Source: Longimicrobiales bacterium (GTDB lineage Bacteria; Gemmatimonadota; Gemmatimonadetes; Longimicrobiales; Gaopeijiaceae). From it: a DNA stretch of 64,000 bases. The notes beneath the pieces are model-generated. The model was not told the origin of the DNA and ran no database searches. It saw only the letters and a list, made by a program, of their open reading frames with translations. Positions 20,576-30,137 of the stretch are shown piece by piece. The DNA lies in the NCBI GenBank assembly GCA_965202805.1, contig OZ241869.1, positions 2,528,001 through 2,592,000 of the forward strand, read 5' to 3'. A program made the position numbers and the translations under genes. Within the stretch, counting starts at the first letter, position 1. Each line of letters opens with the position of its first letter.

Positions 20576-20869
20576 TCAGGGAAGAATCGACCGGAGCAGC
20601 GCTTCCAGTTGGTGGCGCCTGAAGCTCTGCGCCTTTTCCACCGCCAGCTCGTAGGATTCCTCGACGAAGATGGCCGCGGTCTGCGCCGCGTCTCCGGATT
20701 CCCCGTCGGCCGGTGAATAGACCAGCTTTGCGCGGCACGGTTCCCCGCTCGAGGACCGCTTGGTCTCGAACTCCAGATAGACGTCCCAGATGCGATTCTG
20801 GTACGTGATGGTTGCGAGGTGCTGGCCCGGCATGGGCCTGAGGTCGGAGGGTACCGCAGGGTCGATCAT
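20576..20869 (-). CDS. Small hypothetical protein
   Basis: Globular, non-shadow composition (HLATITYQNRIWDVYLEFE...LEALLRSILP); immediately upstream of the GWxTD gene; start 20869 or 20833. Confidence 0.65.
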   Translation of the reverse strand: MIDPAVPSDLRPMPGQHLATITYQNRIWDVYLEFETKRSSSGEPCRAKLVYSPADGESGDAAQTAAIFVEESYELAVEKAQSFRRHQLEALLRSILP

Positions 20870-21093
20870 GGTGGCTTACATTATCATCCGCGGGCCGGGA
20901 AATCCAGCGCCCCGACCCGGGCAAGTCGGGTGCCGCAGGCGCTCTCTCGCGGCCGTCTCTTCGCGTGTTCCGCCATCGTGACGCGGTCATCCTGCAGCAA
21001 CCCTCCTCGCGCGGGCGTTCAGACATCCTCCTGGAACTGATCTTTCGCGAACTCGTCCCTCCGTGTTCCAAATGAGCCTTTGACCCCATTCCG

Positions 21094-21122
21094 TTGACGC
21101 TCGCCACCGGTGCCCCTAACTT
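21094..21122 (+). promoter_or_regulatory. Sigma70-type promoter of the act operon
   Basis: TTGACG-17 nt-TAACTT about 100 nt before actA. Confidence 0.55.
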
Positions 21123-21221
21123 GCGGCCCGAATCACATGGGCCGCGTGTCTCCGTCGCCGCCGGATGCGAACGGCGCGAACCATTCCCGCAACCTCCACA
21201 CGCCAAGGAACCGCGCGCTTC

Positions 21222-21794
21222 ATGAAGGGAAAGCGGACTGCCGTTCTGGCTGGAGTCGTCGCAACGCTCGGCGCCCTCGCCTTCGTTCAGGAGAGCGACA
21301 CCCCCCAGGAGAGCCCGGATTCCGCCGTCGAGATGGCCGCGGCCGAACCGGATCCGCTGGCGCAGCCCATCGCATTCCCCCACGACATCCACGCCGGCGA
21401 ATTCGGCATGGACTGCCAGTACTGCCACTTCTCCGCCGAGCGGTCCGTCGACGCGGGCATCCCGCCGGTGGCCACCTGCCAGGGCTGCCACCTGGTCGTC
21501 CAGGGACGCAACAATCCGGAGGAAGTGGCCAAGGTGCGCGACTATGCGCTGCGCCAGGAGGCGATTCCGTGGGTGCGCATCTACAAGGTCTCGGACCACG
21601 TGCGCTTCCCGCACATGCGACACGTGGCGCCCGACGAGTCCGGCGAACCCCGGGTCCAGTGCCAGGAGTGCCACGGTCCGGTGCAGGAGATGGCGGTCAT
21701 CGAGGCGGTGAACCAGCCGCTCTCCATGGGATGGTGCGTGCAGTGTCACGTGGAGCGGGAGGTCTCCCGCGACTGCGCGGTCTGTCACTACTGA
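21222..21794 (+). CDS. actA: Alternative complex III pentaheme cytochrome c subunit
   Basis: N-terminal TM; QPIAFPHDIHAG; five CxxCH motifs (CQYCH, CQGCH, CQECH, CVQCH, CAVCH); LSMGWC; ends CHY. Confidence 0.9.
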   Translation: MKGKRTAVLAGVVATLGALAFVQESDTPQESPDSAVEMAAAEPDPLAQPIAFPHDIHAGEFGMDCQYCHFSAERSVDAGIPPVATCQGCHLVVQGRNNPEEVAKVRDYALRQEAIPWVRIYKVSDHVRFPHMRHVAPDESGEPRVQCQECHGPVQEMAVIEAVNQPLSMGWCVQCHVEREVSRDCAVCHY

Positions 21795-21882
21795 GCGAGC
21801 CGGAGTCGCGAGCAGCTACGGCCGGGAGCGGGAACGCGGAGCCCATGACCAGAAGCGGCACACCAGCGAGAAGCGAGAGCAC

Positions 21883-24800
21883 ATGAGCGGTGGCATCCAA
21901 CGCCGGGACTTCCTGCGGGTGGTGGGCGCATCCGGGGCCGGGGCCACCATGTTCGGCTGTTCCACGGACAACGTGGAGAAGCTCATCCCGTACGTGGTCC
22001 CGCCCGAGGAGATCACGCCGGGGGTAGCAACCTGGTACGCGTCCGTATGCGGGGAATGCGCGGCAGGATGTGGAATCTGGGTGCGCACGCGCGAGGGGCG
22101 CGCGGTCAAGATCGAAGGCAACCCGCAGCATCCCGTCTCCGGAGGCGCGTTGTGCGCCCGCGGGCACTCGGCCCTTCAGGGGCTCTACAATCCCGACCGT
22201 CTCACGGGGCCGATGATGCGCGACGGGGACGGCTTTACTCCGGTCAGCTGGGAGGATGCGGAGGCGCAGCTCGTCGAGCGGCTGGGCGCCGCGGGCGGAA
22301 ACGTGCTGCTCGTCACCGGGAGCGCCGGTGGAGCGCTCGGCCACCTCTTCGACCGCTTTGCGGAGGTCACCGGCGGCACACGCGTGGAATACGAGGCGCT
22401 GTCGGAAGCCCCGTTGCGGGAGGCTGCGCGTCTGGCATTCGGGCGCGATGTCGTTCCCACCTATGACTTCGAGGCCGCCCGCTTCGTGCTTTCCTTCGGC
22501 GCCGACTTCCTGGAGACCTGGCTGTCGCCTACGGCGTACGGGCGGGGCTTCGCGCGCATGAGCGCCATTGACCAGATGGGTTCCAAGGGGCGCTTCGTCT
22601 TCCTCGCGCCAAGGCTCTCGCTGACGGGCCAGAACGCCGACGAGTGGTTCCCCATCCGCGCGGGATCCGAGGCGGGGGTCGCGCTCGCGATGGCCGCGGT
22701 GATCGCGGGTGACGGGGCGGATGCCGGCCCGTACGCTGATCTGCTGGCCGGTTTCGACCTGGACGCGGCGGCGAATGCGGCCGGGCTCTCGACCGACGAG
22801 ATCGCGGACCTGGCACGGCGCTTCGTGACCGAAGGGCCCGGACTCGCGCTGGGGCCCGGCGTGAGCGGACAGCATCGAGGCGCCACCGGCGCCAACCTGG
22901 CGGTGCTGGTGCTCAACCACGTCGCGGGCAACATCGGCCGCTCCGTGCACCTGGCCTCGCCGGACCAGGCAGCCGCGTCCTCGGCGTACGCGTCGTTCGA
23001 GTCCGCCATGGGTTCGATGCGGGCGGGGGAGGTCGCGGTTGCACTCGTGCACGGCACCAACCCGGCCTATTCGCTGCCGCCCGCCGCGGGCTTCGCGGAC
23101 GCGTTCGGTGCCGTGCCGTTCAAGGTGTCCTTCGCCTCGGCGCTCGACGAGACCGCGCACCTCGCCGACCTGGTGCTCCCCGACACCCACCCGCTCGAAT
23201 CGTGGGGTGACTCCCATCCGCGTCCGGGACTTCATGCGGTGCAGCAGCCCGTAATGCGCCCCGTGCCGCTCTTCGATTCCCGGGACACCGGCGACGTGCT
23301 GCTCTCGGTCGCCAGCGCCCTGGGCCAGGACCTGGGTGCCGGCGACTTCCAGGCATATGTGCGCGCCCGCTGGCAGGAGATGGGCCTCGCGGGAGAAGAC
23401 GACTTCGACGGCTTCTGGCGCGAAGCCCTGCGCCGGGGAGTGGTCTTCTCCGAGCCCGGCGGGCAGGAGGGAGAGCAAGGGGACGCCGCCGGGCTGCTCT
23501 CTCCGGATCCCGCCGTCGGCTTCGACCTGCCCGCCCTGGACGGCGACCCGGACGGACTGGCCCTGGTCGTGTACCCGTCGTCCCGCTTCGGGGACGGACG
23601 CCAGGCCAACCGCTCCTGGATGCAGGAGCTCCCCGACCCGGTCAGCAAGATCACCTGGCATTCGTGGGTGGAGCTGCACCCGGCCACGGCGGAGCGACAC
23701 GGGCTCCGCGAGGGCGACATCGTGCGCGTGAGTTCGCCGCACGGCCAGGTGGAACTGCCGGTGTGGCCCTATGCGGGCGTGCGGGAGGACGTCGCCGCCA
23801 TCGCCATGGGCGGCGGACACACGAGCTACGGCCGCTACGCCGACGGCAACGGGGTGAACCCCATGGCATTGCTCCCGGCCGAATCGGAGCAGCCTTCGGG
23901 CGGTATGGTCCATCTCGCCACCCGCGTGACCGTCGAGCCCACCGGGGAGTGGCGCAAGCTCGCCAGCATCCACGGTTCGGGACATACCCAGGAAGACCGC
24001 AACATCGCGCCCGCCATCGCGCTTGCCGACGTCGGGCACGCGGAAGAGGAGCACGCGGAGCACGACCTCTACGAGCTGCAGGAGGTCGGCGGGTTCGTCC
24101 CCGTCCCCGCGGACGGGGAGCCCGGCGATTTCCCGCTCCCGGGAGCACGGCACGGCGAGTACGATCCGGAGACCACCCCCCGCTGGGCCATGGCCATCGA
24201 CCTGGACAAGTGCACCGGGTGCAGCGCCTGCGTGACCGCCTGCCAGGCCGAGAACAACGTGCCCGTCGTCCAGGAGCAACAGCTCCTCATGGGCCGCGAC
24301 ATCCAGTGGATGCGCATCGAGAACTACCTGGAAACCGTGGACGCGTCCCACGCGGGCCCGGTCGACGTGCGCTTCACGCCCATGCTCTGCCAGCACTGCG
24401 GCAACGCTCCCTGCGAGCCGGTGTGCCCGGTTTTCGCGGCCTACCACACCCCGGACGGACTGAACGCGCAGGTGTACAATCGCTGCGTGGGCACCCGGTA
24501 CTGCGCCAACAACTGCCCCTACAAGGTGCGGGTGTTCAACTGGTACGAGTATTCGGACGTGCCCGAGCCCCTCAACTGGCAGTACAACCCGGACGTCACC
24601 GTGCGGGGCGAGGGGGTCATGGAGAAGTGCACCTTCTGCGTGCAGCGCATTCGCGAGGTGGAAAACCAGTCGGTGCTCGAGGGACGGGACGTCGCCGACG
24701 GCGAGGTGGTGACGGCCTGCCAGCAGAGCTGTCCGGCCGAGGCCATCGTCTTCGGCAACATCCGGGATCCGAACTCGCGGGTGGCCCAGGTCACCGCGAA

Positions 24801-24903
24801 CGAGCGCTCGTACCGGGTGCTCGACGATCTGATCAACACCCAGCCGGCAGTCACCTATCAGCGGAAGGTGACGTTCCACGAGCCGGCCGCGGCGGGACAC
24901 TAG
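21883..24903 (+). CDS. actB: Alternative complex III molybdopterin-oxidoreductase-like / Fe-S subunit
   Basis: TAT motif RRDFLR plus lipobox MFGC; KIEGNPQHP; DLDKCTGCSACVTAC, CQHCGNAPCEPVCP, RCVGTRYCANNCPY, MEKCTFC. Confidence 0.92.
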   Translation: MSGGIQRRDFLRVVGASGAGATMFGCSTDNVEKLIPYVVPPEEITPGVATWYASVCGECAAGCGIWVRTREGRAVKIEGNPQHPVSGGALCARGHSALQGLYNPDRLTGPMMRDGDGFTPVSWEDAEAQLVERLGAAGGNVLLVTGSAGGALGHLFDRFAEVTGGTRVEYEALSEAPLREAARLAFGRDVVPTYDFEAARFVLSFGADFLETWLSPTAYGRGFARMSAIDQMGSKGRFVFLAPRLSLTGQNADEWFPIRAGSEAGVALAMAAVIAGDGADAGPYADLLAGFDLDAAANAAGLSTDEIADLARRFVTEGPGLALGPGVSGQHRGATGANLAVLVLNHVAGNIGRSVHLASPDQAAASSAYASFESAMGSMRAGEVAVALVHGTNPAYSLPPAAGFADAFGAVPFKVSFASALDETAHLADLVLPDTHPLESWGDSHPRPGLHAVQQPVMRPVPLFDSRDTGDVLLSVASALGQDLGAGDFQAYVRARWQEMGLAGEDDFDGFWREALRRGVVFSEPGGQEGEQGDAAGLLSPDPAVGFDLPALDGDPDGLALVVYPSSRFGDGRQANRSWMQELPDPVSKITWHSWVELHPATAERHGLREGDIVRVSSPHGQVELPVWPYAGVREDVAAIAMGGGHTSYGRYADGNGVNPMALLPAESEQPSGGMVHLATRVTVEPTGEWRKLASIHGSGHTQEDRNIAPAIALADVGHAEEEHAEHDLYELQEVGGFVPVPADGEPGDFPLPGARHGEYDPETTPRWAMAIDLDKCTGCSACVTACQAENNVPVVQEQQLLMGRDIQWMRIENYLETVDASHAGPVDVRFTPMLCQHCGNAPCEPVCPVFAAYHTPDGLNAQVYNRCVGTRYCANNCPYKVRVFNWYEYSDVPEPLNWQYNPDVTVRGEGVMEKCTFCVQRIREVENQSVLEGRDVADGEVVTACQQSCPAEAIVFGNIRDPNSRVAQVTANERSYRVLDDLINTQPAVTYQRKVTFHEPAAAGH

Positions 24904-24955
24904 AAGCAGGGCGCCTTCCGGCCCGCTGGCCGGTGGAGACGCGCCCGGGAGAAGG

Positions 24956-26332
24956 ATGGCGACAGCGACGGAAGCACCCCGCGGCGCGGTAGCCCACCCG
25001 GATGTCGGGTCCTACCAGCAGGTCAACGAGGACGTTCTCAAGATCCTGGGGCGTCCCGGGCGCGGGTGGTGGATTCTCTTCGGGCTGGCTTCGCTGGGGC
25101 TGGCGGTGTTCGCCGGTTCCTGGGCGAACCAGATCATCAACGGCATCGGGCTGTCGGGGCTGAACTCTCCGGTCGGCTGGGGCGCCTACATCACCACCTT
25201 CGTCTTCTGGGTCGGCATCGCCCACTCGGGCACCCTCATCTCCGCCATCCTCTTCCTCTTTCGCGCGCCCTGGCGGCAGTCGGTATACCGGCTGGCGGAG
25301 GCGATGACGGTCTTCGCGGTCATGACCGCCGGCCTCTTCCCGCTGATTCACGTGGGCCGCGTCTGGCACGCGTACTGGCTCATCCCCTATCCCAACTCGC
25401 GCTTCCTCTGGCCCAACTTCAAGTCGCCACTGGTCTGGGACGTCTTCGCGGTGACGACCTATTTCACCGTGTCCGCCGTGTTCTTCTACCTGGGGACCAT
25501 TCCGGATCTGGCCGCCGCGCGCGACCAGGCCCGCGGGCTGCGCAAGAAGTTCTACAGCGTCGTGTCGCTGGGATGGCGCGGAACCGACAGCGAGTGGCAC
25601 CACTTCGGCAAGGCCTACATCTTCCTCGCCGCGCTGGCCACGCCGCTGGTGCTGTCGGTGCACTCGGTGGTGTCCTGGGACTTCGCCATGGGCATCGTGC
25701 CCGGCTGGCACGCCACCATCTTCGCCCCCTACTTCGTCGCGGGCGCCATCTTCTCGGGCGTCGCCATGGTCATCACCCTGGCGGTGCCGATGAGGAAGTT
25801 CTTCGGGCTGGAGTCGTACCTCACCAACAAGCACTTCGACGCGCTGGCCAAGTTGTGCCTGCTGACCTCGCTGATCGTGCTGTACGCGTACCTCACCGAG
25901 TTCTTCATGGCCTGGTACTCGGGCGAGCCTCCCGAGCGCGGCGTGTTCTGGAACCGGGTGTTCGGGCCCTACTGGTGGGCGACCTGGACCATGCTGGTCT
26001 GCAACGGCATGGTGCCCATCCTGCTGTGGTTCAAACGGGTGAGGCGCTCGATCGCGGCGCTGTTCGTCATCTCGATCTTCGTCAACATCGGCATGTGGTT
26101 CGAGCGCTTCGTGATCATCGTCACCTCGCTCTCGCACGAGTACGAGCCCTTCGCCTGGGGCATGTACCGTCCCTCGCTCACGGAGATGGGCATCGTCCTG
26201 GGCAGCTTCGGATGGTTCTGCTTCTGGTTCCTGCTCTTCACGCGGCTGCTGCCGCCGGTGGCGATCGCGGAACTCAAGGAAGTGCTCCCCGCCCCGCTCC
26301 GACCGCGCGCCCGCAAGGAGGCTGCCCGATGA
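24956..26332 (+). CDS. actC: Alternative complex III NrfD-type quinol-binding membrane subunit
   Basis: FVFWVGIAHSGTLISAIL, AEAMTVFA, NFKSPLVWDVFA, SVHSVVSWDFA, GMWFERFVII. Confidence 0.93.
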   Translation: MATATEAPRGAVAHPDVGSYQQVNEDVLKILGRPGRGWWILFGLASLGLAVFAGSWANQIINGIGLSGLNSPVGWGAYITTFVFWVGIAHSGTLISAILFLFRAPWRQSVYRLAEAMTVFAVMTAGLFPLIHVGRVWHAYWLIPYPNSRFLWPNFKSPLVWDVFAVTTYFTVSAVFFYLGTIPDLAAARDQARGLRKKFYSVVSLGWRGTDSEWHHFGKAYIFLAALATPLVLSVHSVVSWDFAMGIVPGWHATIFAPYFVAGAIFSGVAMVITLAVPMRKFFGLESYLTNKHFDALAKLCLLTSLIVLYAYLTEFFMAWYSGEPPERGVFWNRVFGPYWWATWTMLVCNGMVPILLWFKRVRRSIAALFVISIFVNIGMWFERFVIIVTSLSHEYEPFAWGMYRPSLTEMGIVLGSFGWFCFWFLLFTRLLPPVAIAELKEVLPAPLRPRARKEAAR

Positions 26333-26853
26333 GCGCGCAAGCCGGCCTGCTGGCCTCCTTCGACTACCTCGACGGGGCGGTGGACGCCGTGAAGGCGCTG
26401 CGCAAGTCGGGGTTCCGCAAGATCACCGCCTATTCCCCGCTGCCCGAGCATCATCTGGAGGAGGCCCTGGGGTACGATCAGAGCCCGGTGCGCGTGTTCG
26501 CGCTGGTGGGCGGCCTGACCGGCGCCGCGACGGGCTTCGCGTTCACCACCTGGACGTCGATGGACTGGCCGCTGGTGACGGGCGGAAAGCCCATCGTATC
26601 GATCCCGGCGTACTTCATCATCGCCTTCGAGCTGGCGGTGCTGTTCGGGGCGCTCTCCACCGTCATCGGCGTCTTCATCAACGCGAAGCTGCCCCGCCTG
26701 CGCCCGCCCGTGATCTACGATCCCGGGTTCAGCGGCGGTCGTTTCGGGGTGCACGTGAGCGCCCCCGCCGACCGCATCGAGGAAGCCCGCCGGATCCTCA
26801 ACGGAAGCGATCCGGCCGAACTCACGGAAGAACCCGCCCCATCCCATGGCTGA
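26329..26853 (+). CDS. actD: Alternative complex III subunit D (DUF3341)
   Basis: YSPLP, DWPLVTGGKP, PAYFIIAFELAVLFGA; ATGA overlap with actC. Confidence 0.88.
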   Translation: MSAQAGLLASFDYLDGAVDAVKALRKSGFRKITAYSPLPEHHLEEALGYDQSPVRVFALVGGLTGAATGFAFTTWTSMDWPLVTGGKPIVSIPAYFIIAFELAVLFGALSTVIGVFINAKLPRLRPPVIYDPGFSGGRFGVHVSAPADRIEEARRILNGSDPAELTEEPAPSHG

Positions 26854-27481
26854 CCGACCTCGCCCGCGCACTCCCGTCCGCTTCGTCGCGGTGGCCCTGC
26901 TGGCCGGGCTGGTGAGCGCCTGCTCGCCCTTTGACGACCTCATGGTGCAGATCTTCGGGCGCAGCATGCGCGACCAGCGCTCGTTCGACCCCTACGAGAA
27001 CACGCTGCTGCCGCCGGAGGGTTCGGTGCCCTTCTCGGCCGGCAACTTCTCCGCCGGTCCGGATCAGGTCTCCCTGGGACAGCCGGATCCGTCGGTCGAG
27101 ATGCCTCCGCCCTTCACGATGGCGGAGGTGGCCATCGAGGCCCCGGTGGTAATGGAGATGACCAACCCGGTAGAGGCCACCGCGGAATCCCTGGCGCGAG
27201 GCGAGCGGCTCTACAATCGATTCTGTGCCGCGTGTCACGGCGTGGACGGAGTTGGCGCCAACGCGTCCATTGCCCCGCTGCATCCCATGCTTCCGGCCGT
27301 CAACCTCTCGAGCGCGATCACCGCGATCCGCCCCGATGGCTACATGTACGGCGTCATTCGCGTGGGGCGTGGACTGATGCCCGCCTACGGGCACCAGATT
27401 ACGCACTACGACCGCTGGCACATCGTCAACTACGTCCGGCAGCTGCAGGCGCAGGCGGGCAACCCGGCCCCGGGGGAGTAG
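26846..27481 (+). CDS. actE: Alternative complex III monoheme cytochrome c lipoprotein
   Basis: Lipobox VSAC, PPEGSVP, single CAACHG, GRGLMPAYG, DRWHIVNYVRQLQ. Confidence 0.88.
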   Translation: MADRPRPRTPVRFVAVALLAGLVSACSPFDDLMVQIFGRSMRDQRSFDPYENTLLPPEGSVPFSAGNFSAGPDQVSLGQPDPSVEMPPPFTMAEVAIEAPVVMEMTNPVEATAESLARGERLYNRFCAACHGVDGVGANASIAPLHPMLPAVNLSSAITAIRPDGYMYGVIRVGRGLMPAYGHQITHYDRWHIVNYVRQLQAQAGNPAPGE

Positions 27482-27485
27482 CGGA

Positions 27486-28784
27486 ATGGCCCACATCCAC
27501 GTCCCGGGCGACATCCCGGTTCGCCACCTGGAGCGCTCCCGGGGCTTCTCGATGTTCTGCGGGGCCCTCTTCCTCGTCGGCGTGATCTCGCTCTTCGTGC
27601 TCCGCGCCGCCGATCCCGCGCGCGCCGAGCAGGCCTACTCGGCCAACTGGCTCTTCTTCTTCGCCGTCGCCGAGGGCGCGATGCTCCTGTGCGCGGTGAC
27701 GACCATCGTAAAGGCGAAGTGGAACTGGTCCGTGCGCCGCGTGAGCCTCGCCTTCGCCGCCTACCTGCCGATCGCGTTCATCCTGTTCCTCCCCATGCTG
27801 GGGCTCCGGGAGTCGTACTTCCCCTGGATCGAGGCGATGGAGAGCGATCCCATCGTGCAGGCGAAGGCCGCGTACCTGAACATCCCCTTCCTTGTCGCCC
27901 GCAATGTGGCCGGCTTGCTGCTCCTCATCGGGCTGAGCCTGTACCTGGCCTACCTGGCCCTGCGCCCGGACATGGGGCTGGTTGAAGGCGATGGCGATGC
28001 GGGGCGCAAGCGCTGGCGTGCCACCCTTGCCGCGGGATGGATTGGACAGGAAGCCGAGGAGACCGCCAGCGCCCGCAGGATGGGCCGTCTGGCCCCCGCC
28101 TTCATCCTGGTCTACGCCGCCGTGATGAGCATGGTGGCCTACGACTTCGCCATGTCGCTCGAACCCCACTGGTTCTCGACCATCTTCGGGGCCTGGTACT
28201 TCATGGGCGGCTTCTGGGGAGGAATCGCGTCCACGGCGCTGATGGTCGTGCTGCTGAAACGCCGGCACGCGGATCTGAATCGGCTGATGGGCCTCCAGCA
28301 GATGCACGACCTGGGCAAGCTGACCTTCGCTTTCTGCGTGTTCTGGACCTACATCTTCTTCGCCCAGTACATCGTCATCTGGTACGGCAAACTGCCGTGG
28401 GAGCAGGCGTGGGTCGTACACCGGACCGGCGAGACCTGGGGAGGGTTTTCGCTCGCCCTCGTGCTGATGTGCTTCGTGATTCCCTTCGCGGGACTCATCG
28501 GGCGCCGGCCCAAGATGAACCCGGTGATCCTCGGTTCCTTCGTGGTCGTGATCCTCGGAGGGCTCTGGCTGGAGCACCATCTGCTGATCGCGCCCTCGCT
28601 GCGCCTGGATGGCCCGACGATCGGCGCATGGGAGGGGCTGGTGACGCTGGTCTTCCTGGGTCCGCTGCTCTGGAGCCTGCGCTGGTTCCTGAGCACCTTC
28701 CCCGTGGTGCAGGTGTGGCAGCCGCCGGAGCAGTTGGAGATGGTGGATCTGGAAGTGACGCGGGAGGAAGCCGGCGTCCGTTAG
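27486..28784 (+). CDS. actF: Alternative complex III membrane subunit F
   Basis: KAAYLNIPF, MSLEPHWFSTIFG, HDLGKLTFAFCVFWTYIFFAQYIVIWYGKLP. Confidence 0.88.
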   Translation: MAHIHVPGDIPVRHLERSRGFSMFCGALFLVGVISLFVLRAADPARAEQAYSANWLFFFAVAEGAMLLCAVTTIVKAKWNWSVRRVSLAFAAYLPIAFILFLPMLGLRESYFPWIEAMESDPIVQAKAAYLNIPFLVARNVAGLLLLIGLSLYLAYLALRPDMGLVEGDGDAGRKRWRATLAAGWIGQEAEETASARRMGRLAPAFILVYAAVMSMVAYDFAMSLEPHWFSTIFGAWYFMGGFWGGIASTALMVVLLKRRHADLNRLMGLQQMHDLGKLTFAFCVFWTYIFFAQYIVIWYGKLPWEQAWVVHRTGETWGGFSLALVLMCFVIPFAGLIGRRPKMNPVILGSFVVVILGGLWLEHHLLIAPSLRLDGPTIGAWEGLVTLVFLGPLLWSLRWFLSTFPVVQVWQPPEQLEMVDLEVTREEAGVR

Positions 28785-28814
28785 CCGACCCGCCTCCGGA
28801 GGTGTTTCGAGGCG

Positions 28815-30041
28815 ATGAAGTGCACGTTTGGCTCGGACGGGCGTTGGCGCACCCGTCCATTCACGCCGCAAAGACGCTTCAGTTCCGCAGCAGGGGCGAA
28901 GATTGCAGTTGCGCTGGCCGTGGTGGCCGCAGCCTCGTGTGGAACCGAGGCGCGTGACGTCGGCACATCGGCCGTTTACGACTCCGCGGGCGTGACCATC
29001 GTCGAGAACCCCGGGCCCGACCGGCTGCTGGATGTCGAAGTCACGCCGCTGGCCGATCTCATACCCCCCGACAGCGCGCTCACGGTGGTTCCATGGGGTG
29101 TTGCGGTCGATGAGGCGACGGGGCGCGTTTTCGTGGCGGATCGACCCAATGACCGGGTCGTCGTGTTCGAACCCTCGGGAACATACGCCGGGACTCTGGG
29201 GCGCTCGGGGGACGGGCCCGGAGAGTTTCGCGATCCCGACGCGGTTTCCATGGAGCCCTCCAGATCGCTTGTCGTGTGGGACAACCGTCGCCGCATCCTC
29301 AGTCGCTGGTCGAGCGGAGGGGATTTCCTGGGCGAAGATCGTCCGGATCTGAATTACGGGCGCCTGGGGTTCGCGGTGGGAGCAGACTGGGTCGTGACCG
29401 TGACGGCCACGGGCGCAGGAATGGCGACCAGGCGGCAATTGGTCGTCCACAAGGAAGGCGACACCAGGACGTTGCACGAAACTACGGCGGAGATGGCCTT
29501 GATGGAGATGCGTGGTGGGTCCTTTCCGGCCGAGGAGCTGTTCGCCCCCACGCCCGTCTGGACGAACCGGGGTGACTCAATCTCCTTCCTTGACGGGCCG
29601 GACTATCGTATCGACATGAGCGTCGGCGGTTCGCTGGAGCTGAGTCTCAGGCGTCCCCTGGATCCCATCGAGGTGACACGGGAGATGGCCGTCAGGAACA
29701 TCGAGTCGGGTCCCGGGGCGTATGGCGACCTGATGCGCCGGAATGGCCTGGAGGCGGAAGACATCGTAGCTGCAATCGGATATGAGGACCGCATCTCGCC
29801 CGTCCTGAGCATGACCGCCGCCCCTGAAGGTCGGCTTTGGGTCACCCGTACCCTGGATGGGATCTCGCCCCACGCCGTCGACATCTTTGACGCTGCCGGA
29901 GGGTACGAGGGCACGTTCGAAGCGCCCGTGGTTCCGGTTGCGTTCGTGTCCGATTCCACCTTCGTGGCGCTTCGGCTGGAGGAGTTCGGAGAGACGATCC
30001 TGACGCTCCAGCGCGTACGCATGAGCGAAGGGGGCTTCTGA
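28815..30041 (+). CDS. Exported 6-bladed beta-propeller lipoprotein
   Basis: Lipobox AAASC, YDSAGVTIVEN, LGRSGDGPGEF, DIFDAAGGYEG; similar to 4100..5359; start uncertain. Confidence 0.72.
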   Translation: MKCTFGSDGRWRTRPFTPQRRFSSAAGAKIAVALAVVAAASCGTEARDVGTSAVYDSAGVTIVENPGPDRLLDVEVTPLADLIPPDSALTVVPWGVAVDEATGRVFVADRPNDRVVVFEPSGTYAGTLGRSGDGPGEFRDPDAVSMEPSRSLVVWDNRRRILSRWSSGGDFLGEDRPDLNYGRLGFAVGADWVVTVTATGAGMATRRQLVVHKEGDTRTLHETTAEMALMEMRGGSFPAEELFAPTPVWTNRGDSISFLDGPDYRIDMSVGGSLELSLRRPLDPIEVTREMAVRNIESGPGAYGDLMRRNGLEAEDIVAAIGYEDRISPVLSMTAAPEGRLWVTRTLDGISPHAVDIFDAAGGYEGTFEAPVVPVAFVSDSTFVALRLEEFGETILTLQRVRMSEGGF

Positions 30042-30137
30042 GGAGGCCGTAGGAGTGGCGGTCGGCGCCGATCGGGCCGGCCTGACCAGCCAGTGCGCGA
30101 CGTGCCGGTAGTCCATGACGGAGCCCGGCACTGTGCT

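Noticed and set aside
20571..21788. N-terminal 400 aa of the 1173-aa ORF 18267..21788
   Set aside because: Overlaps actA antisense and a small gene; the GWxTD protein has a signal peptide starting near 20570
21697..24900. Very long antisense ORFs (also 8230-10749, 34869-37499, 42992-45493, 47434-50601, 60152-62707)
   Set aside because: They lie opposite well-supported genes, have no recognisable motifs, and are expected shadows of high-GC codon bias
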